Part shown: one piece after another, positions 31,501 through 42,923 of the stretch | Layout: each line of letters begins with the position of its first letter | How positions within the stretch are numbered: position 1 is the first letter of the stretch | Source: Candidatus Latescibacterota bacterium | GTDB taxonomy: Bacteria; Latescibacterota; UBA2968; SICM01 | Assembly: GCA_965217865.1 (NCBI GenBank) | Contig: CBDCJO010000002.1 | Coordinates: forward strand, 2,560,001 to 2,624,000 | Length of the DNA stretch: 64,000 nt | Reading direction: 5' to 3' | Made by a program: the position numbers and the translations under genes | The notes under the pieces: generated by a model | Told to the model about the DNA's origin: nothing | Database searches by the model: none | Seen by the model: the letters and a program-made list of their open reading frames with translations, nothing else

Positions 31501-34500
31501 AAAGTGGTGTGCGAGGGTTTCCACGACCCCTTCGGTCTGTCCGTTGCAGTGGCTCTCCAGGTTCTCTCCAACCTCCCGATGAAGCTGCCTTCGCCTCTCC
31601 TCAGGGATACCCTGGTAGATCACCTCCTGCTGCATCGCGTGAATAAAACGATATCTGGCCTTGGAGATCTCCTCGCGAATCACCTGCGCTCGGCGCAACC
31701 CTTCCAAAGCATCCAACAGGGGTAGCTCTCCGGTTTTGCTGACCTCCATAAGGGTGTCAAAGTCGAAGTGCCGCCCGATGACCGCCGCCCAATCGAGGAT
31801 CTTTTCCGTTTCCGGATCACCTCCTGAACCCTCTCGGGTACTCCTTTGATTTCCTCATCCCTGATCTGCCACCGCCCCTGTTCCCAAAAGATATGCCCCC
31901 CCTCCACGAGGGATCGAATGAGTTCGGTCACAAACAGAGGGTTTGCCTCAGCCTTTTGGAATACGCGTCGCCCAACCGCCTCGGGGATCTCCGCATCACC
32001 CAGCATCGATGCAACCAAACGAACGACTTCCGTTCGTGTCAGTTCCGGCAAGGCAAGGTCTACGACATCCCGGCGGTCCTCCTCTCCGAGCCTGAGCAGT
32101 GTCCACACATCGTCGGGCTCACCGGTTCGAAAAGTGGTGAAGGCAAGCATCGGAATCTCTCGAAGGTGTTCGGCGAGATGCTGGAGAAACGCCACCGTCA
32201 GTTCGTCCGCCTCCTGAAGGTCGTCCAGGAAAAACGCTATCGATCGTCGACGGGCTTGTTCGCTGAACAATTGGACAAGGGCACCCAGAAGCCTTCGACC
32301 TTCCTCACCCGAGAAAAGATCCGCGGACCCGTTCGTGCCGTTGCCCTCACCCTTGGGGGCCAGTTCGGGGAATAGCAGCCTGTTGAAAAAGTGCGTTTAT
32401 GCCAAGATGACTGTTGTCTTTCCTTGTGGTTTGGTCCTATGATATATCAGGTTCAAACTGAGAAGGGAGGACGAGCAAATGGCAATGGGAAAACGAGGCC
32501 GACAGAGACAGGAAAACCTGTTCATCGCATCGAACACTTTGGTGAAATCTCCGGGTCATCCGTTCTACGAGAAGCTGAATCAGGTATTGGGGGCGAACGG
32601 CTTCGACGAGTTCGTCGAGGGGCTTTGCCAGCGGTATTACGCTCCTCATATGGGTCGCAAGGGCATTCCGCCCGGGGTTTATTTTCGGATGCTTTTGATT
32701 GGGTATTTCGAGGGACTTGATTCGGAACGTGGGATCGAATGGCGTGTATCTGACTCGCTGACGTTGCGCCGGTTTTTGGGGTATGCCCTTGACGAACAGA
32801 CCCCGGATCATTCCAGCCTGTCTCGCATCCGGCATCGGCTTCCCTTGGAAGTTCACGAAGCGGTTTTCAAGTGGATCCTGAGGGTCTTGTGCAAAGCGGG
32901 TCTGGTGAAGGGGAAGACGTTGGGCGTGGATGCTACGACACTGGAGGCCAACGCCGCGATGCGCAGCATTGTACGCCGTGACACGGGTGAAGGCTACCAG
33001 GCATTCCTTGAGAATCTGGCCAAGGCCTCGGGCATTGAAACGCCTACCCGCGAGGACTTGTCCAAGATCGATAAGAAGCGACCGAAGAAGGGATCGAACC
33101 AGGACTGGGAGCACCCGCACGACCCGGATGCCAAGATCGCTAAGATGAAGGACGGTCGCACGCACATGGCGCACAAGGTGGAGCACGCGGTGGATCTGGA
33201 CACCAATGCCATTGTGGCAGTGGCGTTGTCGGGAGCAGATGAAGGAGATACCGAGTCGTTGCCCTGGACGCTGCTCGAGGCGCAGCTCAATCTCAAGCAG
33301 GTCGCGAAGGACGAAAAAGCTGCCAAACGTTTGCACAGACAGCGTATACGGGAGGTGGTTGCGGACAAAGGATATCATAGCAACGATGTATTGACCAGTC
33401 TGAAGCAAGGCGGCATCCGGAGTTACATTTCAGAACCGGATCGGGGACGCCGCAAGTGGAACGGCCGACGAGATGAGCAGGCCGCGGTATATGCGAATCG
33501 ACGCCGGATCAAGGGAGATCGCGGCAAGGCCTTGCGCCGAAGTCGTGCAGAACGGGTGGAAAGAACCATCGCTCACACATATGATACCGGTGGCATGCGC
33601 AGGTTGCACTTGAGAGACCGCGGCAATATCCTCAAGCGTTTGCTGATCCACATCGGGGGCTGCAACCTGGCTCTGCTCATGCGCAAAGTGATGGGCGTAG
33701 GTACTCCGAAGGCCCTCCAGGACCTGGCCAAGGCCTTGCAGCGTCTACTGCTCGTCCTACAATCACGTTTGCTGCCCTCGGTCACCTTTTTAACCTCTTA
33801 TCAGCGTCTCCTGCTCAATCTCCTTACCTTGATTTATCTGACCCGCACTCCAGGCGTCTTTTCCGTTTATGTGCGTTGAAAGGTAGTTCTTCAACGGGCT
33901 GATAGGGGGGCCAGTTGGGATCGAACCTCCCGGGAGATCGAACTCATCGTCGTGTTGTTCAACCATTTCCGAACGGCCTCAACAATCGGTTGGAGAGGCG
34001 GCTGGCCTGGACCTCCCCCTTCTCCATTCAGAATGAGAAGACCCGATATCCTGGCCTGTGCTCGAATTTCGTCAAGGAACCTCGTCTTGCCGATCCCGGC
34101 CTCCCCGCTGATCACGACCAGACGACCCCGTCCCTCGTTCGCATCCGACAACAAGCGGTTTAAAACCGCGATCTCTTCTCCCCTGCCCACAAACGTGGGC
34201 CGAAGCAGGACCGGGGAACGATCGCGGATTCTTGATCCTGTCGGGGTCCGGACCGGCTCTCCGATTGCCGTCAAGGCCGAAAGCAGGTCATCTGCGGACT
34301 GATACCGGTTAACGGGGTCCTTTTCAAGAAGGGTCAAAACAATCTGCTGAAGGGACGTCGGAATATCCGAACTGTGTTCGCGAGGAGGCACCGGAATCTC
34401 GCGGATGTGTTTGAGAGCCACCGAAGCCGGGCTCTCTCCGTCGAAAGGAAGTCGCTCAGTTAAGATCTCATAAAGGATCACGCCGAGCGAATAAAGGTCT

Positions 34501-35105
34501 GACCGTTGATCGACGCCCGTTCCCCGCACCTGTTCGGGGGACATATAGTGGATCGTACCGGAAATGCCACGCTCCTCCTTCAGGTCGATCTCCTCCTCAG
34601 GGGTGGCCAGACCCATATCCATAAGCTTTATACGGAGATCCTTTACGCGCCTTCCAGCGAACATCAGGTTGCCAGGCTTCAAGTCCCGATGAATGAAACC
34701 GTTGGCGTGGATGTAGCCCAAAGCCGAACAGATTTGAGAGAGAAACGACAGGAGGGATGCAGGACGGTTAAGAGCCGTCTTGAGGGAAGAACGGGGGGAA
34801 GAGAGCGCCCCTTCCAGCGTCCTACCGGAGAGGTACTCCATCGTAAAGTAAGGGGATCCGGTGTGGATCCCGCTTTCGAACACATCCACCAGGTTGGGAT
34901 GTGAAAGCCGGGAAAGAGTATAAAACTCGCGCCTGAATCGTTCGGCCGGTTTTGAGCCGGGCGTTGAAGATGAAAGCATCTTTAAAGCAACGACCAGGCC
35001 GTCCTGCCGGGCGTCCCGAACCTGGTATACCTCACCCATTCCCCCGGCCCCAAGGGATCGAACCACCCGATAACGATCATCAATCAGGTGGCCCTTCCGA
35101 AGCAT
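28597..35105 (-). pseudogene. Ser/Thr kinase - AAA ATPase - TPR - GAF - sigma54 AAA+ - Fis HTH activator, split by IS copy 3 and a frameshift at about 31800
   Basis: LGAGGMGEVY, HRDLKPGN, GEAGIGKT, LDDLQEAD, GETGVGKE, GAFTGA, C-terminal HTH. IS removal restores QLAPLFPELAP. Confidence 0.9.
32375..33902 (+). mobile_element. IS copy 3 (1528 bp, intact transposase 32479-33879)
   Basis: Same IRs and identical transposase to copy 1; flanked by (A)TA(G) on both sides. Confidence 0.95.
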
Positions 35106-35360
35106 CTTGACAGCTCCCGACAAACTCATCGCACGCCGAGCCCGAGAAAATTGGGGTTTCGAAAACTTGTGCGTTCCTGAACCAGATGCTTTCAACGGTT
35201 TTAGTTCGTGGAACAATTTAACAATTCTATTTTTCGGAATCAACGAAAATCAATCAATTCCAGTGCAATAGGGGAGTTGCATACGAATAAAGCATTAGCA
35301 AATTTCAAAATAAAAATAGGGGTTAATCCTTAAAACCCGTTCCGACAGGTAAGATTTTTC

Positions 35361-35389
35361 TTGCGCTTTTCGGCTCTAAACCTTAGATT
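35361..35389 (+). promoter_or_regulatory. Sigma70 promoter of the tRNA
   Basis: TTGCGC-N17-TAGATT, 9 nt before the tRNA. Confidence 0.55.
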
Positions 35390-35398
35390 TGAACCAAT

Positions 35399-35475
<77 letters not shown>

Positions 35476-35478
35476 TAA

Positions 35479-35510
35479 CGAGGTCCTTAACGATCAGGTT
35501 AGGGGCCTCG
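35479..35510 (+). terminator. Hairpin after the tRNA
   Basis: CGAGGTCCTTAAC-GATCAG-GTTAGGGGCCTCG; weak U-tract. Confidence 0.5.
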
Positions 35511-35521
35511 TCCCGTTTATA

Positions 35522-35851
35522 ATGGAGGTCCTGTTGGGACTGCTGCTGATATTTCTATTTATCCTCCTGGCGGTTGTGGCCGTCAAATATATCACCGTAC
35601 GATCTATTCTACGACAGCAGAAATTGTTGGCCGAGAATACCGAACGCCTGAACGATTCCCGAGCTATGGTCAAGGTGATTGAGAATACGCTGCAGGTAGA
35701 ACAACGCCGTGGGAGCGAGTGCAACCGCAGTATCGAACGCCTGAACAAAGAAGTTGCGCGTCTTGAGGAAGAATTATGGAAGATCGATCAAGCAGAACAG
35801 GTAGAGGCAGAACTGACCCGGCAAAAACTTGAAGGTTTTAAGGATGAATAA
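35522..35851 (+). CDS. Hypothetical membrane-anchored coiled-coil protein
   Basis: N-terminal TM helix followed by an E/K/L-rich heptad pattern. Confidence 0.65.
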   Translation: MEVLLGLLLIFLFILLAVVAVKYITVRSILRQQKLLAENTERLNDSRAMVKVIENTLQVEQRRGSECNRSIERLNKEVARLEEELWKIDQAEQVEAELTRQKLEGFKDE

Positions 35852-36002
35852 TAATTTCCTCTAGGTTCAACAACTATCCATCTCATAGATTCCCTGACAA
35901 ACCCCGCCTGCCCTCGATTGTATTCGCATCTGTCGATTGACCACATCCTCCTGATGTTCAACCACGATCCATCATATAAATTTTTGCCTTGCAGAATAAA
36001 GG

Positions 36003-36445
36003 ATGAAAAAATCCATCCGTGGAATCTGGTCCGGGATACCCATGCCGTGGAAAGAGACGGAGGAACTGGATCGCGCCGCTTTGATCCGAACGGTGAAGCG
36101 GTGCGTAGAAGGTGGGAGCCACGGAATCTATGTGGCGGGAACTACGGGTGAGTTTCACGCCATGGGAGAAGCCCAGTTTCTGGACGTGGTCGAGACGTTT
36201 ACGGCCGCGATGAGAAACTATGCTTCCACCGGAGTCCAGGTGGGTTGCGGAGGTTTCTCGTTACGTCAAGTGTTCGATCGTATCGAAACGGCGACCGCCA
36301 ATGGGTGTGACGAGATTCAGCTTCCGTTGCCCGGTTGGGAGCCTTTGGACGATGACGAGGTGCTTGGCTTTTTCCAGGTCATTGCCGAGCGATTTCAGCC
36401 GTCCGGATCACTGTTTATGATAATACCAACTGCGGACGAACCATA
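36003..36445 (+). pseudogene. Dihydrodipicolinate synthase (class I aldolase) family, truncated by IS copy 4
   Basis: GSHGIYVAGTTGEF motif; also a 1-nt frameshift near 36395; the 3' half is not present beyond the IS. Confidence 0.85.
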
Positions 36446-37941
36446 GCAGCCCGTTGAAGAACTACCTTTCAACGCACATAAACGGAAAAGACGCCTGGAG
36501 TGCGGGTCAGATAAATCAAGGTAAGGAGATTGAGCAGGAGACGCTGATAAGAGGTTAAAAAGGTGACCGAGGGCAGCAAACGTGATTGTAGGACGAGCAG
36601 TAGACGCTGCAAGGCCTTGGCCAGGTCCTGGAGGGCCACGCCCATCACTTTGCGCATGAGCAGAGCCAGGTTGCAGCCCCCGATGTGGATCAGCAAACGC
36701 TTGAGGATATTGCCGCGGTCTCTCAAGTGCAACCTGCGCATGCCACCGGTATCATATGTGTGAGCGATGGTTCTTTCCACCCGTTCTGCACGACTTCGGC
36801 GCAAGGCCTTGCCGCGATCTCCCTTGATCCGGCGTCGATTCGCATATACCGCGGCCTGCTCATCTCGTCGGCCGTTCCACTTGCGGCGTCCCCGATCCGG
36901 TTCTGAAATGTAACTCCGGATGCCGCCTTGCTTCAGACTGGTCAATACATCGTTGCTATGATATCCTTTGTCCGCAACCACCTCCCGTATACGCTGTCTG
37001 TGCAAACGTTTGGCAGCTTTTTCGTCCTTCGCGACCTGCTTGAGATTGAGCTGCGCCTCGAGCAGCGTCCAGGGCAACGACTCGGTATCTCCTTCATCTG
37101 CTCCCGACAACGCCACTGCCACAATGGCATTGGTGTCCAGATCCACCGCGTGCTCCACCTTGTGCGCCATGTGCGTGCGACCGTCCTTCATCTTAGCGAT
37201 CTTGGCATCCGGGTCGTGCGGGTGCTCCCAGTCCTGGTTCGATCCCTTCTTCGGTCGCTTCTTATCGATCTTGGACAAGTCCTCGCGGGTAGGCGTTTCA
37301 ATGCCCGAGGCCTTGGCCAGATTCTCAAGGAATGCCTGGTAGCCTTCACCCGTGTCACGGCGTACAATGCTGCGCATCGCGGCGTTGGCCTCCAGTGTCG
37401 TAGCATCCACGCCCAACGTCTTCCCCTTCACCAGACCCGCTTTGCACAAGACCCTCAGGATCCACTTGAAAACCGCTTCGTGAACTTCCAAGGGAAGCCG
37501 ATGCCGGATGCGAGACAGGCTGGAATGATCCGGGGTCTGTTCGTCAAGGGCATACCCCAAAAACCGGCGCAACGTCAGCGAGTCAGATACACGCCATTCG
37601 ATCCCACGTTCCGAATCAAGTCCCTCGAAATACCCAATCAAAAGCATCCGAAAATAAACCCCGGGCGGAATGCCCTTGCGACCCATATGAGGAGCGTAAT
37701 ACCGCTGGCAAAGCCCCTCGACGAACTCGTCGAAGCCGTTCGCCCCCAATACCTGATTCAGCTTCTCGTAGAACGGATGACCCGGAGATTTCACCAAAGT
37801 GTTCGATGTGATGAACAGGTTTTCCTGTCTCTGTCGTCCTCGTTTTCCCATTGCCATTTGCTCGTCCTCCCTTCTCAGTTTGAACCTGATATATCATAGG
37901 ACCAAACCACAAGGAAAGACAACAGTCATCTTGGCATAAAC
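36446..37941 (-). mobile_element. IS copy 4, degenerate (left 20 bp missing, 12-bp internal deletion)
   Basis: 1496 bp = 1528 - 20 - 12; GTPK absent from transposase 36469-37857. Confidence 0.93.
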
Positions 37942-38702
37942 TGCCCCTGAAGAGATGAAAATGTCGCCTTTTCCCCTTCGATCCCAATAATGAGGACGTT
38001 CGGACTGTTCGGATCCACCTGGATGGAAGTGATGCGGGAATTTTCGAGCCCGCAGTTCGCGCGACTCCAGGAATTCCCTCCGTCCGTGCTTTTGTACACA
38101 CCTCCGACAGCACTGGGGAAATCACCCGTGACGGGTCCGGGGGAGTCCAACGTTGCCGCGTAGACGTTCGAGGGATCGACGGGATCGAAGGCGATATCCC
38201 AGATTTCGGGGTATCCGCCATTCAAATGGCGCGGTCCCTCGCGAAACCGGATCCAGGTGGTTCCTCCATCGATGCTTTTTACAAATCCGTTACGTTCGGT
38301 CCCCATTAGGATGATGTTCGGATCGGCCGGATGGACGGTCAAAGATCTAAATGCTCCATCGTGATCCGCGCCTTCAGGACCATCCGGACCGGAGACGATC
38401 TCGAGACCATTTCCAACGTCATTCCCGCAATCTACCTGCTCCCCGAACAGGAGGGCGAAGGCAAAGAAGTCGTCGAGGTCGACTGTGCCATCGCCGTCCA
38501 GGTCATATTTGTTCTGATTGGTTCCGAAGGCCAGGGCGAACTCAAACAAATCATCGAGGTCGACGACGCCACTGTCGTCAAAATCAGCCTGAGCGGCTGT
38601 CTGGCCCCAAACAAGGGTTGGCACCAGGAGCATTAACAGGATGACGGCCTGTATGATCACAAGGAGGACGGTATTCGAGGCCAGATAGGGCTCACGATTC
38701 AT
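37942..38702 (-). pseudogene. Secreted dockerin-like/EF-hand + BNR (Asp-box) beta-propeller protein, 3' truncated
   Basis: Signal peptide, DFDDSGVVDLDD / DLDGDGTVDLDD pair, KSIDGGTTW and KSTDGGNSW; the frame runs into the IS. Confidence 0.8.
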
Positions 38703-39526
38703 TCCGATGTTTCCCCCACGAGTTTCAATCCTGCCTCCAGCCAGGGTTTTAAAACCGTATTGTCTCCGATTGCGCGGCGCGCGATGTTGCGCGTGGCTTT
38801 CGACATGTCAATGTCGGCAAGGACCAGCTCTTCCTTGAACATGCTCCCACGAACGAGAACAACCCCGTCCGGGTCTACGACCCGGCTTTCACCGTTGGAA
38901 CCCGCAGCCAGGTTTCCGGGGTTCGCGGGCGGGGCAACCGCGACATAGAAAATGCTGTTTTCAGTCGCCCTGGCGATGGGAAGTCCCTCGTAGGCCGAGG
39001 CCTTGTGTTCGTGGGAGGGATCGCTGTGGTAGCTGGAGCAGTAGCAGATCTTCGCCCCGGCGATAACGGGCAGACGGAGCAGTTCCGGAAACCGCTGGTC
39101 GAAACAGATGAGAAAACAGGACTTGGCCCCGGAGACAGTAAAAACCGGCAAACGGTCGCCCGGCACGGACCAGGGTTCGGCTTGGTGTATCTTGTCGTAA
39201 TAGCCCCTGAAGATGCCGCCTTTGTCCACCACAAGAAGGCTGTTGTGAACTCCCGATTTCCCCCATCGGGCGGTTCCGACCACAGCCGCGATGTCCAACC
39301 GTTTCGCGGCGCGGATGATGCGCTTCTCCGCGGACAGAAAATCCGCAGGGTCCGCTTTCCGGAAATACGCTGCCTCTTTGGGCCAGCCGCAGGTGCTGGC
39401 TTCCGGGAAGACGGCGACATCGACTCCCGCCTGTGCGGCCTTTTTCATCCAGAGGAGGATCTTGTCCGTACTTTTACGGACTTCGGGACCAGTCAGGATC
39501 TGACACATTCCCACACGGAGTTTCAA
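38699..39526 (-). CDS. Carbon-nitrogen hydrolase (nitrilase superfamily)
   Basis: VFPE, YDKIH, LICFDQRFPE (E-K-C triad). Confidence 0.9.
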   Translation of the reverse strand: MKLRVGMCQILTGPEVRKSTDKILLWMKKAAQAGVDVAVFPEASTCGWPKEAAYFRKADPADFLSAEKRIIRAAKRLDIAAVVGTARWGKSGVHNSLLVVDKGGIFRGYYDKIHQAEPWSVPGDRLPVFTVSGAKSCFLICFDQRFPELLRLPVIAGAKICYCSSYHSDPSHEHKASAYEGLPIARATENSIFYVAVAPPANPGNLAAGSNGESRVVDPDGVVLVRGSMFKEELVLADIDMSKATRNIARRAIGDNTVLKPWLEAGLKLVGETSE

Positions 39527-39588
39527 TGAAGTATCCCTCTTTCAGATTGAATGTTGGTATAGACGTAGCGTTTTTTTTGAAACAGGTT

Positions 39589-40474
39589 TTAACCAAACTC
39601 GGTTATTTTCCAGTTTGCGTACCAGCGAGAGTCCTCGGGCGGTGATTCAGGTCCGTTCTGCATGGAATGAAAATCTTTCAGTCTTGGCCGGATTTCCTTC
39701 TCCCAAATATTTTCGATCTGATTAAACGTCAGGGTACTCCCACCGGGTTTAAGGCGGGCATATTCCTCTAAAAGGTTCCCGGCTTTTTCCTCCAGATGCT
39801 GGACGATATCCGCCAACATTTCTTCCCCTGCCCGGCGGTCGGATTCTCCCGCGCAATCCCCCAGGGCAAAATGAGGAGGAGGTTCGTCCGGCGCGGGAAG
39901 GCGAGAGATATCCACACAATCAGGCTCGAGGGCCCAGAGGAGGGATGTCTCGCCCCTTCCTGCGTGTCCTCCCATACCTCCTCGATCTTTGAATCGTGCG
40001 CGCTCGGTACCAGCTCCTATATGTGAATAGATCCGGGCGGAAACGTGCTGTTGCAGGATATCCAGGAGGATCGGGATGTCCAGGCGGTGCGGACCGGAGT
40101 GACCGGAAAAGATGATGACCCCGTGGAATCCCAGGGCATCTATCGCCCGGACATGATAACAGAGGTTTCTGGAAAAGAGCCACGGGGGAACGGCCGTTAG
40201 CCACGGACGCACTTCACCCACTTTTTTTAGCCCATGCGCCGTAGATTCCTACCTCGTGACAATTCCAATATTCGGGCGGGGCGACGATGCCACCGAAGGT
40301 CCGGGCGACCCGGCAAAGGGTTCCGTGGGCCCTTATCGCGTCCATCCCAACGGCGTTCTGCGGTCCGTGAGGTTCGCAGAGGCCATACGGCAGGTAGGCG
40401 ATGGGGCATTCCTCAAAGGCGGCCTCGAGCTCATCGGGGAACATACGGTCCCAGCGAACTTCCCTTCGCTTCAT
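39589..40474 (-). CDS. Creatininase family protein, frameshift in an A7 run at about 40225
   Basis: PYGLCEPHGPQNAVGMD, FSGH, GGHAGRGETS spread over two ORFs. Confidence 0.85.
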
Positions 40475-40599
40475 CGGTTTGGCTCCTTGGTGATAGGCCT
40501 GAAAGAAATCGCTTCAGAATCGATGATGCTGTTTTCGATTACGTAAAGATAGCATTTCAACGCCGCCTCATACAAAAACTTTATGTCGAATCATTCCAT

Positions 40600-40627
40600 A
40601 AAAAAACGGCGGCCGATTTGGCCGCCG
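40600..40627 (-). terminator. Rho-independent terminator
   Basis: CGGCGGCC-AAATC-GGCCGCCG-TTTTTTT on the minus strand after the ECF sigma gene. Confidence 0.8.
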
Positions 40628-40665
40628 CTGACAAATTATAATTAATTGATATTCTTGAACTTAAG

Positions 40666-41511
40666 TCATTGCTGCTGCTGTGTTTGGTTTTCCGATGATG
40701 GACGAATTTTCCCTGTGGTTTGCAGACTATGAATCGTTTGCAGGATTTTCTTTTGTGAAGCTTCAATATCTTCCAGGGAAACCGAAGATTCTGTCCAAAA
40801 ATTTCGGATAATTCCACGTACGCGCTCCGAGACGTTTGACATGGTCCTTTTCTCGACCTCCCGAATGTCTTCTCCTCTCCCTTTCAAGGCAACTGCCAGG
40901 TCCTTCGTGTAAATTTCTCTAAGAGTTGTCTGGATCTCCTCATCCGTCAAGAGTGTCCAATCCCTAAAAGTTCGGATATCGACTCGATTGACCTCCCGGA
41001 GTTGCTTTCGGGCCCTATGCAGTCTCATTTTCACCGCGGCCGAAGAGATGCCCATGAATTGGCCGACTGATTCTATCCGTTCCCCATCGAGATAGTAGAG
41101 CACGACAGCCTCTCTATCGCTTTGAGAAAGCTGTTTCAAAGCATCCAGGACTTGCCCTCGGTTTTCATGCTTCTCAAGGGCCTCGTCTGGCGGAAGACTC
41201 GATCCAACAATGGTATCAGGATCAACATCCACTCTTTCCAATGGAACGGTCTTTCGCTTTCGGAAATCCATCTTGCACAGGTTCAGCACAATTTTTCTCA
41301 ACCAACTTCCAAACTGCTCCCCATCATTCAGCATGTCTAACCGGTAATATGCCCGGATGAATGCCTCCTGCGCCAGGTCCTCAGCCAGGTCAAAATCGTT
41401 TGTGTAACTGATGGCAACTCCATAAACGGAGTTCCGATATCGCTCTACAAGCCGGCGATATGCATTGCGGTTTCCCCCCAAGGTCTGCTTGACCAGATTC
41501 CGGTCACTCAC
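40666..41511 (-). CDS. ECF sigma factor with C-terminal FliG_C-like domain
   Basis: AEDLAQEAF...FGSWL (region 2), AVKMRLHRAR (region 4); tail LTDEEIQTTLREI..KDLAVALKG...NVSER...DIEASQKKI. Confidence 0.85.
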   Translation of the reverse strand: MSDRNLVKQTLGGNRNAYRRLVERYRNSVYGVAISYTNDFDLAEDLAQEAFIRAYYRLDMLNDGEQFGSWLRKIVLNLCKMDFRKRKTVPLERVDVDPDTIVGSSLPPDEALEKHENRGQVLDALKQLSQSDREAVVLYYLDGERIESVGQFMGISSAAVKMRLHRARKQLREVNRVDIRTFRDWTLLTDEEIQTTLREIYTKDLAVALKGRGEDIREVEKRTMSNVSERVRGIIRNFWTESSVSLEDIEASQKKILQTIHSLQTTGKIRPSSENQTQQQQ

Positions 41512-41686
41512 AAGCTGTATTCTCCTGTGCGAAGGCCTTTCATATACAGATGCAGAAAGTGGGAGTTGGGTAACAAGAAATGTTTATGATTTGAGGTATT
41601 TTGAAAGAGGACGGTGATGAAAAGAGAGGATATGCTCGGGGTTGGTTGCTCTATTCGTTTAAAATTGGGCGGTTAGATTAGAACTG

Positions 41687-42094
41687 CTAATCGTCCGGGG
41701 AAAAAGTATAACACCAGGCCTCTCCCTCCAAAACCGTTTTGCCGTCTTCCCGAGTGACTTTGATCTTCAACTGGGTAACCGGTTTGGTTTCGTGGATACT
41801 GGCAACTTCAGCTTCAGCCGTTATGGTATCTCCGATAAAAACGGGAGCCGTGAATTGCCATTTTTGACTCAGGAAAACAGTGCCGGGGCCCGGCATGTCC
41901 ATCGCAACGAGAGCATGAAGAAGCCCGGTCGTTATGCCGCCCTGAACAACCAGACGTTTAAATTTGGTTTTAGAGGCAAAGGATTTATCGAAATGAATGG
42001 GATTGTAGTCGCCGGTCAAGGCCCCGAATGTTTTGACGTGATCGGCCGTAAGCGTCACGCTGCGTACTGCCTTTTGTCCGATGGATAGGTCCAT
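41687..42094 (-). CDS. MaoC family dehydratase
   Basis: TGDYNPIHFD..FA, PGPGTVFLSQ..QFTAPVFIGD. Confidence 0.9.
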   Translation of the reverse strand: MDLSIGQKAVRSVTLTADHVKTFGALTGDYNPIHFDKSFASKTKFKRLVVQGGITTGLLHALVAMDMPGPGTVFLSQKWQFTAPVFIGDTITAEAEVASIHETKPVTQLKIKVTREDGKTVLEGEAWCYTFSPDD

Positions 42095-42404
42095 ATGATT
42101 ACCTTCCGAGGGGTGTGTGATGGGAGGGACGCCGGCCTCGGCGTCCGCAAACACCGGACTTTAAGGTCAGGGGTTTTCAGAATCCCATTGGGTCAAGGGT
42201 TTGGCGGTTTTCAGGCCGAATTGGATGAATTTTAATGGTGAACGGATTTGATTATGCAGGAAAAGATATCGACATCGGGTAACCGATTACGGCCCGCGAG
42301 GCCGCGGGCCCTCCCAGAAACAGGGTCGATTCTGGATTTGTCGAAGGTCGTCTTTGCCCCTCCAGGTCAATGTTGATGATGGAATGCAAAATGAATGTCG
42401 AATC

Positions 42405-42866
42405 CTAGGAAGCGATGTCTTCGGAAAGAAGCTCATCCAATTCCTCCTCGGAAATCGCGAACCCCTCTCCCATCGTCAAGATGTCGTCCTGTGTGAGAGA
42501 TTGCTTTCCAATAAATCCTTCTCCGAATTCATGGTAGGAACGAATCTCCTCCTCGCCGCTGCGCCAGCAAAGTTCATAGAAGAATCCGTCTTTGACTGTA
42601 TAGAAATTGACAGTCCCGTCATTTTTCATAACGCATCCGATTTTTGTCAGCCATTGCAATGTATTGGATATCTGAAGCTCAATGGCTTCCACGTCGCGGC
42701 TCAGGTTAATCGACTCGTCCCGGTTGATCGAACTTGATTTGGTTTTCTTGAAGGAGTCGTGTTTCTGCTTTAAGGAAGATTGCAGTGTCTCGATATTTCC
42801 CAATATCTTTTGTATCACTGGAATCGATCGGTTTGCCTGCGCGACGGTGAATATCCTGGGTTTCAT
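42405..42866 (-). CDS. DUF2203 family protein
   Basis: IFTVAQANR.IP...GTVNF...LCWRSGEEEI..YH..GEGF.G. Confidence 0.8.
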   Translation of the reverse strand: MKPRIFTVAQANRSIPVIQKILGNIETLQSSLKQKHDSFKKTKSSSINRDESINLSRDVEAIELQISNTLQWLTKIGCVMKNDGTVNFYTVKDGFFYELCWRSGEEEIRSYHEFGEGFIGKQSLTQDDILTMGEGFAISEEELDELLSEDIAS

Positions 42867-42923
42867 GGTTTCCTCTTTGTAAGACGGCGAAAAGCCCGTG
42901 CCGAAACCGTGGGTTCGCTTGGA

